The position numbers and the translations under genes were made by a program. A stretch of 64,000 nucleotides of DNA, taken from the sequence record NC_019517.1; one strand, 5' to 3'. The notes beneath the pieces were generated by a model, which worked only from the letters and a program-made list of their open reading frames with translations, ran no database searches and was not told where the DNA came from. Shown piece after piece: positions 30,014-37,434 of the stretch. The stretch comes from Escherichia phage FV3. Numbering within the stretch: the first letter of the stretch is position 1; every line of letters begins with the position of its first letter.

Positions 30014-30109
30014 ACTGGGTGGCTTTCTTTTACACCTTAGCCGCCAGAAAAGGTGGGAGACCATGTTTACAATATTACACTGTTAAGCAAAGTTTGTCAA
30101 GAAAATATT

Positions 30110-30451
30110 TTAACTATTGCCAACAGGTTGTATTTCTGTGGTAAACGGCATAAAAGGTGCTGGTTTTTCAGCCTCTTCCACTACCACCTCTTCTTCCTCT
30201 TCACCAAACATCTCATCATATTCTTCCTGCATTCGGTCTGCCTTATCAAGAACATACTCTGCAATGCTTTGACGAATATTTTGTTTGGTTTTCGGATCCA
30301 ACATCAGCTCTCTTAAAACTTTGTGAGCTTCTGGAACCATCGCTATAAAAGATTCCTTCATGTCAAGAATGTTCTTCTCTAGCTGAATGGCGTTGGACTC
30401 CTCTTTCAGAGGTCTGCCTCTACGGCGACGCTTTTTGGTTGTATCCGCCAT
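30110..30451 (-). CDS. Small AT-hook-like basic/acidic protein (113 aa)
   Basis: Likely start at ATG 30451 (MADTTKKRRRRGRPLK...) with GGAGG SD; ORF-track start at 30508 is a TTG inside the -35 hexamer. N-terminal RGRP motif with Arg/Lys run, Glu-rich C-terminal tail. Confidence 0.45.
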   Translation of the reverse strand: MADTTKKRRRRGRPLKEESNAIQLEKNILDMKESFIAMVPEAHKVLRELMLDPKTKQNIRQSIAEYVLDKADRMQEEYDEMFGEEEEEVVVEEAEKPAPFMPFTTEIQPVGNS

Positions 30452-30479
30452 GTTTCCTCCATTATCACGTGATAGGTGG

Positions 30480-30508
30480 ATTTTATCACGGCAAATACTG
30501 ATTGTCAA
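30480..30508 (-). promoter_or_regulatory. Sigma70-type promoter for AT-hook protein gene / tRNA transcription unit
   Basis: Minus strand TTGACA (30508-30503), 17 nt, TAAAAT (30485-30480), then SD and ATG at 30451; a GC hairpin (30511-30539) abuts the -35. Confidence 0.55.
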
Positions 30509-30796
30509 GTTCGCCGCAGGGTGGTATTCCCTGCGACTTGCCTAGCGTCCTAGACCAACAAGACCCAACAAGTGGGTTACCAGAGACCCATTACCGCGCT
30601 TTGGCTCGACCTTATTACAGGTTGGCTGGGGTCACATCGTCATGTGCTGGCTGCCCCTACCATTTTAAGTGTGGTGCACTATCAAGCCCTCTAAGGGGAA
30701 CTCAGACTTCTCCGAACCCTGTTTCAAAGCATCCGGAGATAAAGCCATCAAACTCATCTTTAAATTGGATATTCATCATGATACACGAAAACAACC

Positions 30797-31039
30797 TCAT
30801 TGTAAAGCACAAATAAATAAAACATACTTAATTTGTTTGTTATCGGGCTCAGGGTAGAAGTAGAAGATCTTGCTATCACCAATCTGAACACCACCATCCC
30901 AACAACATAAACCATAACCCGTATTCATACAAGCTAAGTCGTTGGCAAAATCTATTGCATCATCTAGTGCACGAAATTCACCTTCATCTTCTAAATAATC
31001 CTCATTCATGGAACGGAAAACGAGCTTAACCTTAAACAT
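30797..31039 (-). CDS. Hypothetical protein (80 aa)
   Basis: Small acidic ORF in early minus-strand region. Confidence 0.3.
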   Translation of the reverse strand: MFKVKLVFRSMNEDYLEDEGEFRALDDAIDFANDLACMNTGYGLCCWDGGVQIGDSKIFYFYPEPDNKQIKYVLFICALQ

Positions 31040-31115
31040 AGCATTACCTGTAGACCTCGTAAGTTAAAATTGTATCACATCATATTGCAGATCTTATCAG
31101 GTAACATTATTTTTG

Positions 31116-31304
31116 TCAACAGATTCCGGCCTTATCCCTCCTGTCTGCGTATTCTTTAATCGCAACCTCACCTGCATTGGTAACCAGATCTTCAAAGTAA
31201 TTCTCAAGCTCCTCGTCAATGTCCGGTGACCAGCTCTTTTTCCTGTCAGTGTGAATTGCAGACTTGTTGAACTTATTACAGTTCTTTGCTACCGGATTGT
31301 TCAT
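31116..31304 (-). CDS. Hypothetical protein (62 aa)
   Basis: Short ORF; no motif. Confidence 0.25.
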   Translation of the reverse strand: MNNPVAKNCNKFNKSAIHTDRKKSWSPDIDEELENYFEDLVTNAGEVAIKEYADRRDKAGIC

Positions 31305-31314
31305 TAAGCTCTCC

Positions 31315-31893
31315 TCAACGTTCGTAGTAAATCTTATTCAACATTACCTCATCGTTTGCAGAAAGGATATCAAGATATGCATCACCAAATCTGCCTGCAA
31401 CAACCTCTGCATGATACATCACTTCGTCAACATCGTCAAGAGTGATAACCGGATGACCATATCTTTCTGAATATTGCCTCAGGGTGCGATGTAACGAGTC
31501 GTCATCATATGCAGACTTTTTAATATCACAAACACGACGAATGGCCTTGATGTCGAAAAAGCCTGTGCGATACCATCCAAGAAAAAAGTTCCGTGTGGTG
31601 TCAACATCTACATCAATACCATCAAGAACCTTATCTACAAGATAGCTGTCATCCTTTGGACCAGCGTCCTTAGTGCGAATGTAGTTGCCATCTTTTCCAG
31701 GCGATAGCTCCTTCTCATCACCAACCTGCATGCCATCATTTGGCGGTGTTAGCCACTTATCCGGATGCTTACGATCACGAGCGTTAGAATGATTACGCTG
31801 GAAACCTGGCTTCCACTTGAAAGTTTTCTCCATCTGTTCTTCATTCTGATAACGTTTTGCAATCTTTTCGCGGTCATCTTTGCGTGAACTCAT
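31315..31893 (-). CDS. Hypothetical protein (192 aa)
   Basis: ORF downstream (minus sense) of the structured noncoding region; charged, no recognisable motif. Confidence 0.35.
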   Translation of the reverse strand: MSSRKDDREKIAKRYQNEEQMEKTFKWKPGFQRNHSNARDRKHPDKWLTPPNDGMQVGDEKELSPGKDGNYIRTKDAGPKDDSYLVDKVLDGIDVDVDTTRNFFLGWYRTGFFDIKAIRRVCDIKKSAYDDDSLHRTLRQYSERYGHPVITLDDVDEVMYHAEVVAGRFGDAYLDILSANDEVMLNKIYYER

Positions 31894-31989
31894 AGCTGCC
31901 TCCTCTTCAAGTTATAGAAAAACTCACTGTATCGCTTTGTAACGAGCTTTTCTATCAAACTGGTGCGATTGCCTTACTTGGTAGAGTTT

Positions 31990-32270
31990 ACACAGCTGTG
32001 GGGAGATTTAGGAGCCTTCTTGTCCGTTTCCACACATAAACTTTAACCAAACTCGCGCGGGAGTCTCTCAACCGACTCCTTACGGCGCTGGCAAGCTTTC
32101 GTCGGTGGTCCACATTAGTGCTCGGCCTTTGGCCTGCGCTATCGCTTCGCTCCCACACATGTTAACAGTCCTGCATGTATGCACTCCTGTTATTGTGTGC
32201 ACTATGGAGGCCCGGCATCTCGCCCCTCGTAGGCGAGTGCCAATGAGGGGCCGACACTACCCATAATAAG
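31990..32270. other. ORF-free GC-rich structured segment (candidate ncRNA or replication-associated structure)
   Basis: About 280 bp richer in GC than surroundings, with multiple nested inverted repeats (ggagtc-N8-gactcc, ctcgcc-N7-ggcgag, gcccctc...gaggggc, ggcctttggcc); no ORF of 60 aa or more on either strand. Confidence 0.3.
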
Positions 32271-32294
32271 TAATAAATTTAAAACATGGTACTT

Positions 32295-32396
32295 AGGATC
32301 TAGTATATTCTACATAAGTTAAGTATATGTACTTTAGTACCATAAGTACTAGATCTTTTATTTTTATTATTTAGTTATTTTAGTTATATTCTTTAT
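32295..32396. repeat. AT-rich tract with inverted repeats (GATCTAGTA / TACTAGATC) and short direct repeats
   Basis: Inverted 9-mers at about 32305-32313 and 32347-32357; then AT-rich run with ttagttat direct repeats (32357-32396); resembles a DNA-unwinding element. Confidence 0.4.
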
Positions 32397-32479
32397 GTGT
32401 CCGTATTGCGGACAGTTAGTGTCCGTATTACGGGCAGATGTGCCCGCGTGACGGACAGTAGTGTCCGTATCACGGACAG
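32397..32479. repeat. Four tandem palindromic 19-bp repeats (iteron / operator-like array)
   Basis: GTGTCCGTATTGCGGACAG (32397), GTGTCCGTATTACGGGCAG (32419), GTGCCCGCGTGACGGACAG (32440), GTGTCCGTATCACGGACAG (32461); each is a dyad GTCCG-N5-CGGAC; spacing 22/21/21 bp. Confidence 0.7.
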
Positions 32480-32553
32480 TTACTATCCTCTGCTCTTGGG
32501 TGGACATAAAACATACGAATCCTTATAGTACAGATATTTAAGTTTTTACTGGT

Positions 32554-32904
32554 CTAACCAGTTGTTGACATTAGAATAACCTCTTCTGGTGGCAAAACTT
32601 TGGAAAATGTGCATCTTTTACCTCTCCCTTGTGTGGATATTTCAACCACTCCTGCACATTCTAAAGTTTTAACGCACGCTGCTGCTTTTGTTTTCTTTAT
32701 CCCAACATCTGCTGCAATTTTCCTTGTGCTTGGTGTGAAGCGTGAATTTCCTCCAAGCTTATACCAGTTGTGCAGGTAGCAGTATACGATCTTGTCATAT
32801 AAGTCAAGAACAACAACCTCCCCGGTTGTGTCATTCAAAACTTTTGACATAGACAGTATTTCAAGGGGGACTTTAAGATATAGCAGCTTATCCCCATCTT
32901 TCAT
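32554..32904 (-). CDS. Putative winged-helix / HTH DNA-binding protein (116 aa)
   Basis: Helix-turn-helix-like segment (STRKIAADVGIKKTKAAACVKTLECAGVVEI); gene ends about 75 bp from the palindromic repeat array. Confidence 0.4.
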   Translation of the reverse strand: MKDGDKLLYLKVPLEILSMSKVLNDTTGEVVVLDLYDKIVYCYLHNWYKLGGNSRFTPSTRKIAADVGIKKTKAAACVKTLECAGVVEISTQGRGKRCTFSKVLPPEEVILMSTTG

Positions 32905-32951
32905 ATCTCCTGATTCTCCTTGTGTGGCAATTTTCTTTAAAATAGCAGGGA

Positions 32952-33506
32952 TTACTCCCCGCTGTCAATAGCAAGACTCATTGCAATACGGTATGCCTCT
33001 TCTAATGGTAAGAGTCTCCCCCACACATCCCAACCGACATCAAACTGCCTGCCAAACAACTGCTGTGTGGTTCCGTGAGCATGACCGAACAGTTGGACTG
33101 ATCCGTGAGGCTTTCTGTTCCACTTTGCAAACTGGTAATGGCTCATACAGATCAAATTCTTGTTGTGGCGAAGCTCGTAATAATCTACAACCTCATGACC
33201 GAACTCTTTCATAATTCTGACAGTCGTCCTTGTGTCATGGTTACCACGAACAAGAATAATATGTCCGTTCAACATATTTAGAACATCTGGGAGCAATTTG
33301 TTGATATTCTTATCCTTAGTGCATGCAATATCGCCCAAGTGAAACACAGTGTCTTCCGGTGACACAACAGAGTTCCACTCGGCGATGATTCCTGCATTCA
33401 TACTGTCAAGATTGCGATCATACTGAGATCTGTGTTTTTGACATGAATCAAACTCCATGACTCGCTGGTGGAGAAAGTGTGTATCGCTTGTTACAAAATA
33501 TTTCAT
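32952..33506 (-). CDS. Calcineurin-like metallophosphoesterase (candidate RNA 2',3'-phosphatase)
   Basis: 184-aa ORF with metallophosphoesterase motifs (SDTHF..., GDIA, GNHD, GHAH); adjacent to P-loop kinase gene. Confidence 0.55.
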   Translation of the reverse strand: MKYFVTSDTHFLHQRVMEFDSCQKHRSQYDRNLDSMNAGIIAEWNSVVSPEDTVFHLGDIACTKDKNINKLLPDVLNMLNGHIILVRGNHDTRTTVRIMKEFGHEVVDYYELRHNKNLICMSHYQFAKWNRKPHGSVQLFGHAHGTTQQLFGRQFDVGWDVWGRLLPLEEAYRIAMSLAIDSGE

Positions 33507-33513
33507 ACATCCC

Positions 33514-33924
33514 TCATTTTAGTTTAATGCAGTTTTTAAGCTCACGCTCCATACGGTCCACAACCCTATTTGGAACATCATGAATGCTCTTATTACCGTG
33601 GCGGTTTTCAACCACGATCACAGTATAACTATACCCATGACTGATTGCCATGTCAACATATTCTTGCACATGTTTTTCTTTTGTAAACGTATTACTTACC
33701 ACGACACGGTCGTATCCCATACGCATCATATCTTCTACGTTATCTTTGCACCATTTTGCTGCAAGTGTTACTTTACTTGCATCCCAGTTGTAATTTCCAT
33801 CGTCGTCGTACCAGAACATGTCGTTCTCAAAATGTGGGTACAGCCCCTCTAAAGATAGTGCATTTGCCAGTGTTGATTTGCCAGAACCTGGTAGACCACG
33901 CACGATATATAGCATTTTAGACAT
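33514..33924 (-). CDS. P-loop polynucleotide kinase-like protein
   Basis: 136-aa ORF with Walker A (GLPGSGKST) at N-terminus, resembling the kinase domain of polynucleotide kinase. Confidence 0.55.
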   Translation of the reverse strand: MSKMLYIVRGLPGSGKSTLANALSLEGLYPHFENDMFWYDDDGNYNWDASKVTLAAKWCKDNVEDMMRMGYDRVVVSNTFTKEKHVQEYVDMAISHGYSYTVIVVENRHGNKSIHDVPNRVVDRMERELKNCIKLK

Positions 33925-33952
33925 AGTATTCCTCCGTTTTAATTTTAATGGT

Positions 33953-33981
33953 AGTATACATAACTCTTTTGTTCATTTCAA
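33953..33981 (-). promoter_or_regulatory. Sigma70-type promoter for kinase / phosphoesterase operon
   Basis: Minus strand TTGAAA (33981-33976), 17 nt, TATACT (33958-33953), followed by GGAGG and ATG 33924; lies in the divergent region opposite the plus-strand early operon. Confidence 0.5.
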
Positions 33982-34024
33982 GTGTTGACACGAGTTTATT
34001 TGTGTGGCAAGATAGAGTGACAAA

Positions 34025-34960
34025 ATGGCAAACGAGGAATGTATGATGAAGTATTTTAATGCAGATGATTTGGTGGATAAAGGTCTTGTAACCAGTCGGT
34101 ATTATCCAGATCTTGGATTAAAGATCTATAAATATGCCAGAAAAGTATTCTACAACAATTTATGGCATTTGTCTCCGCGTTTACTAGAGTGCCGAGGAAT
34201 TGTTGTCGGTAATGAAGGAAATGTTGTGGCATGGCCCTTCACAAAAGTGTTTAACTTGGGAGAAAATTCCACCAACCTGCCTGACAATAAACTTGTGACG
34301 GCGGTAGAGAAAAAGAACGGATTCCTTGGTGTGGTATCATCTCACAAAGGTGAACTGTTGTTCTCAACAACCGGGTCTCTTGATTCTCCATATTGTAACC
34401 TTGCAAAGGAAACAATCCAGGAGCAATGTGGTAATTTAGATCTTATCAAGAAGGTTATGGGCCATGAAAACATGACATTCATGTTTGAAATTTGTCACCC
34501 TTCAGATCCGCATATTGTTCAGGAAGATCATGGCGCATATTTGATAGGTTTCAGATATAATGATTCTGGAATAATGCTACCAGAAGCAGCTTTAGATGGG
34601 ATTGCCAAATACCTTGGTGCAAAACGTCCTCACACTGTGCGTGAAATTCCGTTCAGCTATGCAAAAGAATTAGCTGCAGAAACAAGAGGTGAAGGGTATA
34701 TGATTCGTAAGCCTTACTACCCTTATGATCTGCAGCTGAAGATCAAGTCTCCATACTATTTGGCACGGAAGGCCGTAATGAGGGGTAAAGCTTGGAAGAT
34801 TTGGGATAATGATATCTTTAAACGTGTTGACGAAGAGTTTTACGGCATGGTAAACTTCATTCGTAGAAACTACACAGAAGATGTGTGGAATTGCCTCCTG
34901 GAGCAGGAACGCCGTGAGATACTTGACTGCTATTTCCACAACGAGGACTATATGCAATGA
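34025..34960 (+). CDS. Putative ATP-dependent RNA ligase-like nucleotidyltransferase
   Basis: 311-aa ORF with ligase-type motifs: motif I lysine (EKKNGFLG), motif IV (EGYMIRK), motif V (LKIKSP). True start may be ATG 34043 or 34046 after GAGGA SD. Confidence 0.45.
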   Translation: MANEECMMKYFNADDLVDKGLVTSRYYPDLGLKIYKYARKVFYNNLWHLSPRLLECRGIVVGNEGNVVAWPFTKVFNLGENSTNLPDNKLVTAVEKKNGFLGVVSSHKGELLFSTTGSLDSPYCNLAKETIQEQCGNLDLIKKVMGHENMTFMFEICHPSDPHIVQEDHGAYLIGFRYNDSGIMLPEAALDGIAKYLGAKRPHTVREIPFSYAKELAAETRGEGYMIRKPYYPYDLQLKIKSPYYLARKAVMRGKAWKIWDNDIFKRVDEEFYGMVNFIRRNYTEDVWNCLLEQERREILDCYFHNEDYMQ

Positions 34961-35307
34961 AGAAGTTGATTGTGTGGCTGGATGACTTGAGAGATCCGTC
35001 AAATTATGGGCTCCCAGATGCTCTTTGGCTAAAGAATTCCTCTGAGTTTATGGATTTTATTAACGATAAGGGAAAGCTCTACAGGCGCGTTTCTGAGTGG
35101 CACATGGACAACGACCTTGGAGAGGTATTTGAAGGGTACGATTGCCTATCTATGCTGGAAGAAAAATTTGTATTTGGTAAGCCTCCTGTAGTTGACAACG
35201 TGAAGATTTTCGTGCATACTTCTAACCCATCAGCCGCTCGTAAATTCATGCTTGCTGCTGACTCGTTTAAAAAGTTTGGAATAGAGATTAAACAAAACAT
35301 CTACTGA
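34957..35307 (+). CDS. Hypothetical protein (116 aa)
   Basis: ORF translationally coupled (ATGA overlap) to the ligase-like gene and immediately upstream of the Sir2-like gene. Confidence 0.3.
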   Translation: MKKLIVWLDDLRDPSNYGLPDALWLKNSSEFMDFINDKGKLYRRVSEWHMDNDLGEVFEGYDCLSMLEEKFVFGKPPVVDNVKIFVHTSNPSAARKFMLAADSFKKFGIEIKQNIY

Positions 35308-35315
35308 GGACACTT

Positions 35316-36077
35316 ATGCGACGACTGATCATTATCTCCGGTGCTGGTTTGAGCGCTGAATCTGGTATCCCAACTTTCCGATCTGGTGGCACTGCAATGT
35401 GGGAGAATTTCAGCATCGATGAGGTGTGTAACATCCACACCTTTGCCAAGAACTACTATAAGGTACATGACTTTTACAATGCACGGCGTGTAGCTTTGGG
35501 GAGTGTTGAGCCTAACCTTGCACATCTCCGGATCGCTGAGTGGTATTCCCGCTGGTCTGGTCGTGTGATCAACCTGACCACCAATGTAGATGATTTGCTG
35601 GAGCGTGCTGGTGTAAAACATGAAGATATTTTGCATGTCCACGGGTATTTGCCAGAAATAGTTTATGAGGATGATGAAGGGAATGACGTCATTAAAGACA
35701 TTGGATACTCTGAGGTAGATGCAAGCGAGTATACTTGGGTCAAGCCTAATGTAGTGTTCTTCGGAGAAGTAGCTCCAAAGTATGTAGACATGTATGACCT
35801 GTTGACTTCTCTGACGAGCAATGATATGGTTATCCTTGTAGGGTGCTCCAACACAGTTATCAATTTTAACTGGGAGCTATTCCCTGCCTGTAATAAGGGG
35901 ACTAAACTACTGATCGTTAACAAATACGACTCACAGCATTTAGGGGAGAATGGCATTTCACGTAGTGACATTTACCAGTATGAGGATCGCGGAATCCCAG
36001 TTTGGTTTAACGGGGCGGTTGACGCTTTCTCTGATAAAACATTCATTGACATCGTAGAAAACTTTATGGAACTGTAA
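35316..36077 (+). CDS. Sir2-family (sirtuin-like) NAD-binding protein lacking zinc ribbon
   Basis: 253-aa ORF with sirtuin Rossmann-fold motifs in order: GAGLSAESGIPTFRSGG, TTNVDDL, catalytic-His motif HVHG, VVFFGE, ILVGCS, LLIVN; no CxxC...CxxC zinc-binding pairs. Confidence 0.65.
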   Translation: MRRLIIISGAGLSAESGIPTFRSGGTAMWENFSIDEVCNIHTFAKNYYKVHDFYNARRVALGSVEPNLAHLRIAEWYSRWSGRVINLTTNVDDLLERAGVKHEDILHVHGYLPEIVYEDDEGNDVIKDIGYSEVDASEYTWVKPNVVFFGEVAPKYVDMYDLLTSLTSNDMVILVGCSNTVINFNWELFPACNKGTKLLIVNKYDSQHLGENGISRSDIYQYEDRGIPVWFNGAVDAFSDKTFIDIVENFMEL

Positions 36078-36091
36078 GCGGAGGCCTTTTA

Positions 36092-36805
36092 ATGCTGAAT
36101 ACTAAACTGATCGACAACCTGGAAAAACTGTCTCAGCCTGAAAACTACCTTTGGTCTGCCAACTGGGTGGAAAATTGGAACCGTGTAGCAGCTAAAGTGA
36201 AAAAATCATACACACCATTCGAACTTCAGCTGAGTTTCATTGAGGAAGAGTTCAATGAAGTTTTGGAAGAGTTGGAGAAAGGTGATGGTGGGGATCATCT
36301 CCTAAAAGAGGCCTGCGATCTTCACGTTGTCACAAGTTATGCCGCTTATCTTGTTAACGATAACCATGAAAAGTGGTCAAACCTGTTTGATAATCCGCGA
36401 GGTCTTAAGTTTAAGATCGGTGAATTTTATGATACACTGATCGCTGCGAAAAATACCTCTAAGCAAAGAGCGTCTGCTTACCGCTTAGCAGAGTTGTCAA
36501 CAGCTTTGCTGTTCCAGCTTCGCGGTGATGTGTGCGGGATGATGCGGAAGGTTCTAAAATCTAATGACAGCAAGTTTGCACGCGTCAACCATCTGCGGTA
36601 TTCACACGGTGCCAGTGCAGATATGCCTGCTGAACAACTCATCGAGTTGGAGATTAAAGATCTTGAGCGACGCTTTGATGGTCGCTATGAAGGTTTTGTT
36701 GCTAAAGAAGAATTCTACAACGGAAATAAAGTTATCATATTCCTCGACAGTAAAGGTAAGATTATGAAGCCTTCGAGCTTCAAGGATGTAACAGAATATA
36801 TTTAA
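36092..36805 (+). CDS. MazG-like nucleotide pyrophosphohydrolase domain protein
   Basis: 237-aa ORF; N-terminal region has the all-alpha NTP-PPase acidic motif (IEEEFNEVLEELEKGD...EACDL). Confidence 0.45.
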   Translation: MLNTKLIDNLEKLSQPENYLWSANWVENWNRVAAKVKKSYTPFELQLSFIEEEFNEVLEELEKGDGGDHLLKEACDLHVVTSYAAYLVNDNHEKWSNLFDNPRGLKFKIGEFYDTLIAAKNTSKQRASAYRLAELSTALLFQLRGDVCGMMRKVLKSNDSKFARVNHLRYSHGASADMPAEQLIELEIKDLERRFDGRYEGFVAKEEFYNGNKVIIFLDSKGKIMKPSSFKDVTEYI

Positions 36806-36811
36806 TAACAT

Positions 36812-36840
36812 AGCCGGGGTGATCCCGGCTTTACTTGTTT
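36812..36840 (+). terminator. Intrinsic terminator after MazG-like gene
   Basis: agccggg-gtgat-cccggct stem-loop followed by T-rich tract. Confidence 0.5.
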
Positions 36841-36869
36841 CGGAAAGTATGCAAGTGAGGTAGAAAGTT

Positions 36870-37178
36870 ATGTACAAGCACTCTAGAGATCTTGAAAACG
36901 ATGCTGTGTTTGGTGATCAGATGAAAGAATTGGTTAAACTTATAGGTAGGATAGAGGATAAGTTTGACACTAAGATCTACATCGACAGCAAAGTATTCAA
37001 CCACAAAATATGGACAAATTTGTGTGTTGGACTACATGGGGATAAAGATGTGGTAAATTTAGTTGTAATTAAGTTCATAGTGTGGCAGAATAAGACTATA
37101 AGTTATTACGATCCGCACCTGCTTGTTTACCCGATAAAAGACCTATTAGAGAAGGAGGACTGCAATGCCGTTATTTAA
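36870..37178 (+). CDS. Hypothetical protein (102 aa)
   Basis: ORF with plausible SD; no motif. Confidence 0.3.
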   Translation: MYKHSRDLENDAVFGDQMKELVKLIGRIEDKFDTKIYIDSKVFNHKIWTNLCVGLHGDKDVVNLVVIKFIVWQNKTISYYDPHLLVYPIKDLLEKEDCNAVI

Positions 37179-37434
37179 TCTTGCTAAACCTGTAGAAGCA
37201 CACCAGTTTGACGGAAGCTCTTCATCAGTATCTGATCTGCAACGGTGGATTGATACAGGTGTGTTTACATCGTCACCTGTTCGAACCAGAGATATTCTTC
37301 GCATGTGTGAGCTTGTCGAGCCGTTTGGTAACCTGGTCTTGTACCAAGGGGATTGGTTAGTTGACTTTATGGGAGACTGGTTGGTAATGAGCAAAGAAGA
37401 GATGTTTAAAATTTTTAAGGAAGAGGCTGAGTAA
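37165..37434 (+). CDS. Hypothetical protein (89 aa)
   Basis: ORF coupled (TAATG) to DNA ligase gene. Confidence 0.3.
   Translation: MPLFNLAKPVEAHQFDGSSSSVSDLQRWIDTGVFTSSPVRTRDILRMCELVEPFGNLVLYQGDWLVDFMGDWLVMSKEEMFKIFKEEAE

Noticed and set aside
30502-30816. Plus-strand 104-aa ORF in the region upstream of the AT-hook protein gene
   Set aside because: Opposite orientation to all neighbours, overlaps the minus-strand promoter, Pro/Ser/Gly-rich composition characteristic of translating GC-rich noncoding sequence; the region is better explained as regulatory or structured RNA.
32397-32479. Tandem 19-bp repeats considered as a possible CRISPR array
   Set aside because: Only four units, each internally palindromic, separated by 2-3 bp rather than by 25-40-bp unique spacers; no cas genes. 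Fits iterons or operators instead.
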